DNA of 64,000 nt from contig JBDHGH010000003.1 of NCBI GenBank assembly GCA_039589995.1, forward strand, positions 16,647-80,646, given 5' to 3'. Both the position numbers and the translations under genes were made by a program. Origin of the DNA: Gemmatimonadota bacterium (GTDB lineage Bacteria > Gemmatimonadota > Gemmatimonadetes > Palauibacterales > KS3-K002). The notes beneath the pieces were generated by a model. The model saw only the letters and a list, made by a program, of their open reading frames with translations, did no database searches and had not been told where the DNA came from. Positions 45,808-53,887 of this stretch are shown here, one piece after another. Every line of letters begins with the position of its first letter. Position 1 is the stretch's first letter.

Positions 45808-46858
45808 CATTCCCAACCTCCGGCTCCCATCCCGGCACGTCCAACAACCAGGGCTCCATCCCCTCAGTCCAGCTCGCCGTGACGACCTCACCCTCCTGTC
45901 GTAGGAAGAACACGGCTACGTCCTTCCACCGCTCGGCCCTAGCCATCCCCTCGTCGGGCCCGAGCACGAACAGTGTCGTGGCAGCCATGTCCGCGACGAG
46001 TGGATCGTTGGTCACGACCGTGACGCTTCCCCAGGCCGGGACCGGCCACCCGGTGCGTGGATCGAGGATATGCCCATATCTCTTTCCGTCGACTTCCACG
46101 AACCGCTCCGATGCGGCGCTCGTTGCCACCGAGCCACCGTGCACTTTCAGCTTTGCGAACACCTCGGCGCGCCGAGACGGATGCGCCACGCCGACCACGA
46201 GGCCCTCGTCACCCTCCGGCGATCCGATGATCAGCAGCTGGCCACCGAAGTCGATGGCGGCTGCCTCGACCCTCATGTCCAACAAGATCGAGCGCACCGT
46301 TCTCAAAGCCGCGCCTTTGCCGAACCCACCCGCTGTTATCCAAGCGCCGTCGTGTCGGCGGATCACCTGACCCGCAGCCTCGTCGACATCGAAAGCACCC
46401 AGCCCAGTCTTCTCCAACGCCTCGGCCAGTTCCGCTTCCGAAGGAAGCGTCCCCTCGCCTCGCAAGTCCCACGCGTCGATGAAGAGACCCACCGCCGGGT
46501 CGAAGGCACCGCCGCTCTGTTCGGCCCACCGATACACTTCACCCAGGAGCGCCAGCAATTCCGGCGACAAGGTCTGCGGCTGGTCCAGCGGTGAGGCGTT
46601 CAACCGGGAGAGCTCGGAGTCTTCGCGCCAACTGCTCAGAACACTCTCCCACCGCGCCATCTCCTCGAAGACGGCCTCGATAGCCGCCATGCCCGCATCC
46701 CTGCTCGAAGCCGTGACCGACGCTTTCAGCAGGGTCCCCATGACATAGGTCTCCCGCTCCACCTCCACGGGCGAGCGGCGGGACCTCAAGGCAGGAATCA
46801 GCGCAGCGGCCATGACGGCGAGCGCGATGATTATTCCAACGGTACGATAAGGGTGCAA
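45797..46858 (-). CDS. apbE: FAD:protein FMN transferase
   Basis: MGT, SELSRLN, GAFDPAVG, GGFGKG, VATS, HILDPRTG, ADMAATTLF. Confidence 0.93.
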   Translation of the reverse strand: MHPYRTVGIIIALAVMAAALIPALRSRRSPVEVERETYVMGTLLKASVTASSRDAGMAAIEAVFEEMARWESVLSSWREDSELSRLNASPLDQPQTLSPELLALLGEVYRWAEQSGGAFDPAVGLFIDAWDLRGEGTLPSEAELAEALEKTGLGAFDVDEAAGQVIRRHDGAWITAGGFGKGAALRTVRSILLDMRVEAAAIDFGGQLLIIGSPEGDEGLVVGVAHPSRRAEVFAKLKVHGGSVATSAASERFVEVDGKRYGHILDPRTGWPVPAWGSVTVVTNDPLVADMAATTLFVLGPDEGMARAERWKDVAVFFLRQEGEVVTASWTEGMEPWLLDVPGWEPEVGNVEQ

Positions 46859-46915
46859 AAGCCCCTCCTCACAGCACTTACGTCACGGTCAAAGGAAGGC
46901 TGGGGCCAATCTGAC

Positions 46916-46971
46916 ATTGAGATCCATTCTCAACTAGCGCCCAACCTACCCGACTCCCTTAACCCTGTCAA
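46916..46971 (-). promoter_or_regulatory. Sigma70 promoter and Fur-like box for the apbE operon
   Basis: TTGACA (46971-46966)-17 nt-TAGGTT (46948-46943); palindrome ATTGAGA-TCCAT-TCTCAAC (46916-46934) just downstream. Confidence 0.72.
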
Positions 46972-47059
46972 GTATCGACGGGACATCGAGCAACTCCCGA
47001 CGACGTCGACGTCATCGATCCGTCCGCGCCCGCGCCCGCGCCCCGCGTCCGCGACATCC

Positions 47060-47098
47060 AAAACGAAGAGGGCCGGCGAGCACACCACTCACCGGCCC
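47060..47098 (-). terminator. Rho-independent terminator after the M1 peptidases
   Basis: Minus strand GGGCCGGTGAG-loop-CTCGCCGGCCC followed by TCTTCGTTTT. Confidence 0.7.
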
Positions 47099-47131
47099 CA
47101 ATCAAACACCCCTCAGTTTGCTCGGCTCAAC

Positions 47132-49132
47132 TCAACGCTCCCAAACGTTGTTGCTCCGATCCACATCCGGAAACGCCCTCTCAGCATCAATCTCAACGCT
47201 GACAACCGCCGCCCCATTCTCCACCGTCACCTCGGCCGTGCTCGCCCCGGCGAGCCAATGCTCCACCGGTACTTCCCTGTCCACGACCTCACCATCCTCG
47301 CGTGTGATTGTCAGATGCACCGGCATGGGCACCTGCCCCAAATCCTTGATCACGATACGGGTCCCACTCTGCGTGGCCTCCACGCTCGCGATCGCCTGAT
47401 CCAGCGTCCAGGTTTCGTAATACCAACTCCGCCAGAACCACCCCAGATCACGCCCGCTGACACTCTCGAACATGTGGAACATATCCCACGGGTAGGGATG
47501 CTTGAACGCCCACGCCGCCAGAAAGGCCCGGTAGGCGCGCAGGAAATCCTCTTCGCCCAACACCCCGCGCAGCGCCATGAGCAATGACGCGGGCTTGGCG
47601 TACGAAGCGATGCCGAACGCACCGAACCCGTAGTGATGATCGGACCACCGCATCAACTCGCCTTCGTTACCCGTCTGCGCGAATTGGATGTAGCCGTACT
47701 GGGATCCGGAACCTGGATTCGTACCGGGGAAGAAATCACCGCTGGCCTCGTTACCGTTGAAGCTGGTGGTCCCCTCATCCATCCAGCTGTAACGCCGCTC
47801 GTCGGTTCCCACGATCATCGGGACCCACATGTGACCCAACTCGTGGGCCGTGACTCCGTAGAGCGCCGTGTCGCCCGCCGCGTTGTAGCCCCCCATGATG
47901 GTCATCATCGGAGCCTCCATACCGCCGCCTATGATGCCGGCTCCCTCCACCGAGGTCATGTGCGGCCACGGATACGGGACGCCCGTGTACTCGGACAGAA
48001 AACGAATCGAGTGTTGCGCGTAGCGCACTTCGTTTTTCCATCGGGGTGCCGATTCTCGGTAGATCGCATCGATGCGCGCGTAATCGACGGCCCCATCGCC
48101 ATCGCGGTCGCCCACTGAGGTCCGCGCGGCGTCCCAAAGCGATTCGCGTGTGACACTGAAGGTCACATCACGAACCGTGTCTGAAACGAAACGCCAGGTC
48201 AACGTTCCGCTGTCACTGGTTTGCGTCGCCGTATCGAAATCGTCGGCGGTGACAACGTGAACGACCTCATCGCTGTCTTCGGCGCTCCTCAAGCGCGAGA
48301 CGATGTCGGGTGACAGAACTTCATCCGGGTTCTCTAACCGACCCGTCGCCCTCACCACCCAACCCTGTGGAGCCTCTACCGTCAGGTCGTAGCTTCCGAA
48401 CCCGGCGTAAAATTCCGCCATGCCGGTGAACCAGTCGACCTGCCAACCTGCAACGTCGTCGTAGACGGCCATCTGGGGGTACCAGTAAGCCAGGTAGAAC
48501 AGATTGTCGGCGTCCCAGCCCATGCGACCAGAGGCGCCAGCCTTAGGAATCTTGAAGGCCCAGTCGATCTCGATTGACACCGATCCCTCAGGGGGCAGAG
48601 GGCTCGGCAGCCGAATGCCCAGTTGTGTAGCCGTGACTTCGTAGGTCGGACCCCGGCGTTGTCGCGTCTGTAACTCCTGACCGTCCACCGCCACGCGTCC
48701 TAGCTCGACTCCTCCGGTCACTTCCTGGGGGATTCGCCGCACTGCGCCCTCGGAATGCAAGTTCTGGTGCAGGTGTAGGTAGACCGTCCGCAACGTGTCG
48801 GGAGAGTTGTTCCTGTAAACGATGGCGGCCTCGCCTTCGAGTCGCTTCTCTTCCGGAAGAATCCGAGTCGTCAGGGTGTAATCGGCCCACTGCTGCCAGT
48901 AGCCGGCCCCGGGCTGGCCGCTATCCGTTCTAGTGCCTCGATCGAGCGCGCTCTCATATGTCAACGGATAGGAGATGGGGCTGGGAGCCTGGCGCGAACT
49001 GGCCGTCATCGGATGTCCGGATGCCTCGTCTACGCCTTGTTGTACGTGCACCGAGCTGCTCGCGCATGCTGACACGATGACGAGACCCAGTGCGATGACG
49101 AACGATTCGAAATGTCGGTGAATTGGAAACAT
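47132..49132 (-). CDS. M1 family metallopeptidase (lipoprotein)
   Basis: Lipobox VSAC; GGME, HELGH, WMDEG. Confidence 0.9.
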   Translation of the reverse strand: MFPIHRHFESFVIALGLVIVSACASSSVHVQQGVDEASGHPMTASSRQAPSPISYPLTYESALDRGTRTDSGQPGAGYWQQWADYTLTTRILPEEKRLEGEAAIVYRNNSPDTLRTVYLHLHQNLHSEGAVRRIPQEVTGGVELGRVAVDGQELQTRQRRGPTYEVTATQLGIRLPSPLPPEGSVSIEIDWAFKIPKAGASGRMGWDADNLFYLAYWYPQMAVYDDVAGWQVDWFTGMAEFYAGFGSYDLTVEAPQGWVVRATGRLENPDEVLSPDIVSRLRSAEDSDEVVHVVTADDFDTATQTSDSGTLTWRFVSDTVRDVTFSVTRESLWDAARTSVGDRDGDGAVDYARIDAIYRESAPRWKNEVRYAQHSIRFLSEYTGVPYPWPHMTSVEGAGIIGGGMEAPMMTIMGGYNAAGDTALYGVTAHELGHMWVPMIVGTDERRYSWMDEGTTSFNGNEASGDFFPGTNPGSGSQYGYIQFAQTGNEGELMRWSDHHYGFGAFGIASYAKPASLLMALRGVLGEEDFLRAYRAFLAAWAFKHPYPWDMFHMFESVSGRDLGWFWRSWYYETWTLDQAIASVEATQSGTRIVIKDLGQVPMPVHLTITREDGEVVDREVPVEHWLAGASTAEVTVENGAAVVSVEIDAERAFPDVDRSNNVWER

Positions 49133-49154
49133 CAGTAGATCTGTACCTTCCTGA

Positions 49155-51110
49155 TTAGCGCGTCCAGTTGTTGTTGCTGCGATCGGCGTCCGGGAACAGG
49201 AACTCGGGGTCGATCTCGACACGAGTGATTTCCCTTTCACCCCTTATCGTGATTTCCGTCGTCGTGGCTCCGCCCAGCCACCGCTCGACGGACAACTCCT
49301 CCCGCGACACAGACCCGTCGGCGAAACTGATTCGTAGGCGCACCGGCATGGGAATCAGCCCGCGATCCTCGATCACGATGCGTGTACCGGCATCGGACTT
49401 CTCCACGGCAGCGACGGCCTGGTCCAGTTTCCACGTCTCGTAGTACCAGCTGCGCCAGAACCAATCCAGGTCGCGACCCGCCACATCCTCGAACATCTGG
49501 AACATGTCCCACGGATAGGGGTGCTTGTACGCCCACGTGCTCAAGTACGCCCGATACGCCTTCAGAAACGTCTCTTCTCCCAGTACGCCACGCAGCGCCG
49601 CCAGGACCGTTGCGGGCTTGGAGTACGACGCAACGGAAAACGCCTGCGGTACATAGTGGTGATCGGACCAACGCATCATCTCGCCTTCGTTTCCCGAATG
49701 CGCCATCTCCAAATACGTGTTGTGGTCGGGGATGTCGTGGTTCAGACCGGGAAAGAAATCCTTGCGTGCCTGGTTCTCGTTGAACGAGGTCGTGCCCTCA
49801 TCCATCCAGCTGTAACGACGTTCGTCCGTATTTACGATCATCGGTACCCACATGTGGGCCAACTCGTGGGCTGTCACGAAGTACAGCGCGCTATCGGTCC
49901 GCTGGTTGTAGTCTCCGATGAGGGTCATCATCGGGTACTCCATCCCGCCACCCCTAAAACCGGCTTCAACAGCCGACATGTGCGGCCAGGGATACGGGAT
50001 CCCGGTGTACTCCGAAAGAAACTTGATGGAGTGTTGGCCATACAACGCAGCGCTCATCCACTTGGGCGCGTTCTCCTTATAGATGGCGTCGATACGGGCG
50101 TAGTCCTCCTCGCCATCGCCGTCTCTGTCGCCAACCGGAGTTCGCACGGCATCCCACAGCGATGCACGCGTGACCGAGAACGCGACGTCCCTCACCTTTT
50201 CGGAGACGAAACGCCAGGCCAGCCGGCCGTCATCGCTACTCTTAGTGACTCCGTTCGCTAGATCGTCTGTGGTTATGACGTGCACGACCTCGTCGTTGCT
50301 TTCCGCTTCCCGCAACCGATCGATGACTCGCTCTTCGAGAACCTCGTCGGTGTTCGCCAACCGGCCCGTCCCCATCACCACCCAGTCTTCTGGGACATCG
50401 ACGGTCAGGTCGTAACTGCCGAAACCAGCGTAGAACTCGGAGCCGGCCATGAACCAGTCGGTGTGCCAGCCGACGACATCGTTGTAGACCGCCATCTGCG
50501 GGTACCAGTACGCGAGGAAGAACAGATCATCCTCCCAACCCATCCGGTTGGAGACGCCCTCGCTGGGGATCTCGAACGACCAATCGATTTCGATGACAAC
50601 CGAGTCGCCCGCCGATACCGGCTGAGGCGGAACGATCTCCATCGCGGTGGCCTCGACCCGATAACCCGGCCCGTCTCCCGTCACGGTGCCAAGCTCCTGC
50701 CCTGCCACTGATACCCGCTCCAACTCGACCCCACCCGTTACCTGCTGGGGGCGGTTCCGAGGTGCGCCTTCGGCGTGCACGTTCTGGATGAGGTTGATGA
50801 ACAGAACCTGGAGGGCATCCGGCGAGTTGTTGTGGTAGAGTATCGTCGCGGAGCCTTCGAGACGTTGCTCGTCTGTGTCGATCCGAGCCCGCAAGGTGTA
50901 GTCGGTCCACTGCTGCCAGTACGCCGGCCCGGGCTGTCCCGCAGCTGTGCGGGTTCCGTTCTGGAGCGCCCGCTCGTAACCATCGGAGTACGAGACCGGA
51001 TAGGGTATGGGGCGACGGCGCGCTTCGTCGGCTACCTGGGCATAGCCCTCGCCTCCAAAGACCACCAGCGCGAGGGCGATGGCCACAGCTGTTCTCGAGT
51101 ACCGTGGCAT
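49155..51110 (-). CDS. M1 family metallopeptidase (secreted), paralog of the downstream gene
   Basis: Signal peptide ending GYA; GGMEYPM, HELAH, WMDEG. Confidence 0.9.
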   Translation of the reverse strand: MPRYSRTAVAIALALVVFGGEGYAQVADEARRRPIPYPVSYSDGYERALQNGTRTAAGQPGPAYWQQWTDYTLRARIDTDEQRLEGSATILYHNNSPDALQVLFINLIQNVHAEGAPRNRPQQVTGGVELERVSVAGQELGTVTGDGPGYRVEATAMEIVPPQPVSAGDSVVIEIDWSFEIPSEGVSNRMGWEDDLFFLAYWYPQMAVYNDVVGWHTDWFMAGSEFYAGFGSYDLTVDVPEDWVVMGTGRLANTDEVLEERVIDRLREAESNDEVVHVITTDDLANGVTKSSDDGRLAWRFVSEKVRDVAFSVTRASLWDAVRTPVGDRDGDGEEDYARIDAIYKENAPKWMSAALYGQHSIKFLSEYTGIPYPWPHMSAVEAGFRGGGMEYPMMTLIGDYNQRTDSALYFVTAHELAHMWVPMIVNTDERRYSWMDEGTTSFNENQARKDFFPGLNHDIPDHNTYLEMAHSGNEGEMMRWSDHHYVPQAFSVASYSKPATVLAALRGVLGEETFLKAYRAYLSTWAYKHPYPWDMFQMFEDVAGRDLDWFWRSWYYETWKLDQAVAAVEKSDAGTRIVIEDRGLIPMPVRLRISFADGSVSREELSVERWLGGATTTEITIRGEREITRVEIDPEFLFPDADRSNNNWTR

Positions 51111-51335
51111 GCGGTTCCCTTTTCATATGTAGCGGTGAGGCTGGGGGCACCCAAATATCACAAGCCGTTCAGTGCCCGCAAGGCGCCCAATCGCGGGGTT
51201 TGGGCGGCGCGACAGAATCTTGCGCCCAAAGCGAACGCGTACAATCTTGTTTCGGTTCGTACCAGCCTCCCAGCCCCAGGGGCGTAATCCTTTCAACTCG
51301 ACCAGAACGCGTGTGTCACGAGCCCGGAGGCCGTC

Positions 51336-52367
51336 ATGGTGAGTCGTAAGCTTACGCGCAGGGACTTCGTTAAAGTCGGAGCAACGGGCACAGCCGCCCT
51401 CCTGCTCAGCCGGAACAGTGCGATGGGTGGTGGCGTGAACTCGGCCATGCCGACGCGTCCATTCGGGAAGACCGGCCACGACGTCAAGCTGTTCAGCCTC
51501 GGCGCCCAAGCGACGGTCGAGCGTTCATCGGACGACCCCACCGAGGCCAAGCGCCTACACGACGAGTCGACCGCCATCATCAACCGGGCCATCGACCTGG
51601 GGGTGAATTACATCGACACGGCGGCGGCCTACGGTAGGGGAATCAGCCAGACGCGGGTCGGGGAGGTGATGGCCACGCGCCGGAAGGAAGTGTTCCTGGC
51701 GACGAAGACTCACAACCGAACGCGCGACGGCTCGATGCGATTGCTCGAGGAAAGCCTGCGGCTGCTGCAGACCGACCACCTCGATCTTTGGCAACTCCAC
51801 AACATCTCCAGGGAAGAACAGCTCGAGACGATCTTCGGGAAGAACGGAGCGATCGAGGCGCTGCAGCAGGCACGCGACGAGAAGATCGTTCGCTTCCTGG
51901 GAATCACGGGCCACTACAATCCCAACGTCCTGATGAAAGGGATCAACGAGTACGGTTTCGACTTCGACACCGTTCTCATGGCGCTGAACCCCGCTGACAA
52001 GAACTTCCTACCGTTCCAACAGGAACTGCTCCCCGTGGCGAAGCAGAAGAACATGGGGGTCATCGCGATGAAGATCCCGGCTCGGGGCCGAATGTTCCGC
52101 GACGGCGGCATCACCACGATGCAAGACGCGATGTCCTACGTGCTCACCCTCGACGGGGTCAGCACGGTCATCATCGGTTGCGATGACGTGGCTCAACTCG
52201 AAGAGAACGTCTCGATCGCGACCAACTTCCAGCCGCTTTCCGGCAGCGAGATGGCCAGGCTCGAGGGATTGACCGAGAGCTACGCGGCCGACGCGGCCTT
52301 CTTCAAGGAGGGAGGTGCGGGCTTCGGGCGTCGCGGCACCGACGACCAGGGATTCCTAGACAAGTGA
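51336..52367 (+). CDS. Aldo/keto reductase with a Tat signal
   Basis: LTRRDFVK; YIDTAAAYG, LATK, DHLDLWQLH, GITGH, IAMK. Confidence 0.9.
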   Translation: MVSRKLTRRDFVKVGATGTAALLLSRNSAMGGGVNSAMPTRPFGKTGHDVKLFSLGAQATVERSSDDPTEAKRLHDESTAIINRAIDLGVNYIDTAAAYGRGISQTRVGEVMATRRKEVFLATKTHNRTRDGSMRLLEESLRLLQTDHLDLWQLHNISREEQLETIFGKNGAIEALQQARDEKIVRFLGITGHYNPNVLMKGINEYGFDFDTVLMALNPADKNFLPFQQELLPVAKQKNMGVIAMKIPARGRMFRDGGITTMQDAMSYVLTLDGVSTVIIGCDDVAQLEENVSIATNFQPLSGSEMARLEGLTESYAADAAFFKEGGAGFGRRGTDDQGFLDK

Positions 52368-52450
52368 TACAGCAGGGCATGATGGTTGCACCGAGGCTCG
52401 AGGGTGGGGCGGAACGATAAAGTTCCATTGACGGAGGGTCGTAGACAGCC

Positions 52451-53842
52451 ATGGGTAAGCAAGCCGCAACCGCGCCTGACGGGGTCACTCCGGCCAGGTC
52501 CGCAGACCGTGCAGAAGACCTCAATCCCTTTCACATTGCACAGTTACAGTTCGACAACGCTGCCAGATACATCCCTGAACTAGAGCCCGGCCTGGCCGAT
52601 TTTCTCAAGCTGCCCAGCCGGATGATCGAAGTCGAGTTCCCCATCGAGACCGCCGAAGGCGAAGTTCGCAACTACATCGGGTATCGGTGCGTCCACAACC
52701 GCGCCCGCGGGCCGAGCAAGGGCGGAATCCGCTACCACCCCGGCGTAACGGCCGACGAGGTCCGGGCCCTCGCATCGTGGATGACTTGGAAGTGCGCGGT
52801 GCTGGATGTCCCCTTCGGCGGCGCCAAGGGTGGGGTCATCTGCAACCCGAAGAGGCGCACCAAGGATGACCTGCAAAGAATCACGCGCAGGTTCATCGCC
52901 GAGCTGGGTGATCAGATCGGTCCGTTCACCGACGTTCCGGCGCCCGACGTGAACACGAACGCCGAGACGATGGCCTGGGTCTACGACACCTACGACATGA
53001 TGCATCGCGGCCGCAACAACCTGGGTGTCGTGACGGGCAAGCCGGTGGACATCGGCGGTTCGTTCGGCCGCAACGAGGCGACTTCACGCGGCTGCCTCTT
53101 CTGCACGCAGAGGGCGCTGGCCCGTGGCACCGTCCGAGATCTGAACTCAGTGGTCGGCTCCGACGTCGTGGTACAGGGCTACGGTAACGCCGGCGCCATC
53201 GCCGCGGAGCTATTCGCGGACGAGGGTGCCCGCATCATCGCCGTGAGCGACTCGCGCGGCGGCATCTACAGTCCCAAAGGGCTCGATCCAGCTGCGGTGC
53301 TCGATCACAAGAAGAAAACAGGGTCGGTGCTCGGCTATCCGGGCGCCAGAGAAGTCGACAACCAAGAGCTGCTGACGATCCCGTGCGACATCCTCATCCC
53401 GGCAGCGCTGGAGAACGTGATCCGCGCTGACAACGCGCACCAGATCCAAGCTAAACTGATCGCCGAGGCCGCCAACGGCCCGACGACTCCGACCGCCGAC
53501 AAGATCCTCTTCGAACGTGGCATCCAGGTGCTACCCGACATACTCGCCAATGCCGGCGGTGTGACGGTGAGCTATTTCGAGTGGGTGCAGAACAACGACT
53601 ACGAGCAGTGGGATGAGGACGAAGTCAATCTCAAAATGCACGTCAAGATGGAGCGGGCCACCGACGCGGTGATCGACAAGCAGAGAGAGATCAACGGCTC
53701 GCTCGACGACCTGAACGCTCGCCGCAAGCAGAACGGCAGGGACAGCTTCCCGCTGGTGCCGGTGGACTTGCGGATGGCCGCCTACATACTGGCGATCAGC
53801 CGCGTGGCCAAGGTCACCTTGGAGCGCGGCATTTGGCCCTAA
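52451..53842 (+). CDS. gdhA: Glutamate dehydrogenase (Glu/Leu/Phe/Val family)
   Basis: GPSKGGIRYHP, MTWKCA, GGAKGG, DVPAPD, VTGKP, QGYGNAG, EAANGP, NAGGVTVSYFEW. Confidence 0.92.
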   Translation: MGKQAATAPDGVTPARSADRAEDLNPFHIAQLQFDNAARYIPELEPGLADFLKLPSRMIEVEFPIETAEGEVRNYIGYRCVHNRARGPSKGGIRYHPGVTADEVRALASWMTWKCAVLDVPFGGAKGGVICNPKRRTKDDLQRITRRFIAELGDQIGPFTDVPAPDVNTNAETMAWVYDTYDMMHRGRNNLGVVTGKPVDIGGSFGRNEATSRGCLFCTQRALARGTVRDLNSVVGSDVVVQGYGNAGAIAAELFADEGARIIAVSDSRGGIYSPKGLDPAAVLDHKKKTGSVLGYPGAREVDNQELLTIPCDILIPAALENVIRADNAHQIQAKLIAEAANGPTTPTADKILFERGIQVLPDILANAGGVTVSYFEWVQNNDYEQWDEDEVNLKMHVKMERATDAVIDKQREINGSLDDLNARRKQNGRDSFPLVPVDLRMAAYILAISRVAKVTLERGIWP

Positions 53843-53887
53843 CCACAACCGAGCGGCGGGGCCATGTGGCTGGTCCCGCCGCTCAAT

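Noticed and set aside
46995-47055. CCGCGC hexamer run, and a similar hexamer-periodic tract at about 1160-1200
   Set aside because: Short low-complexity intergenic tracts with no supportable function.
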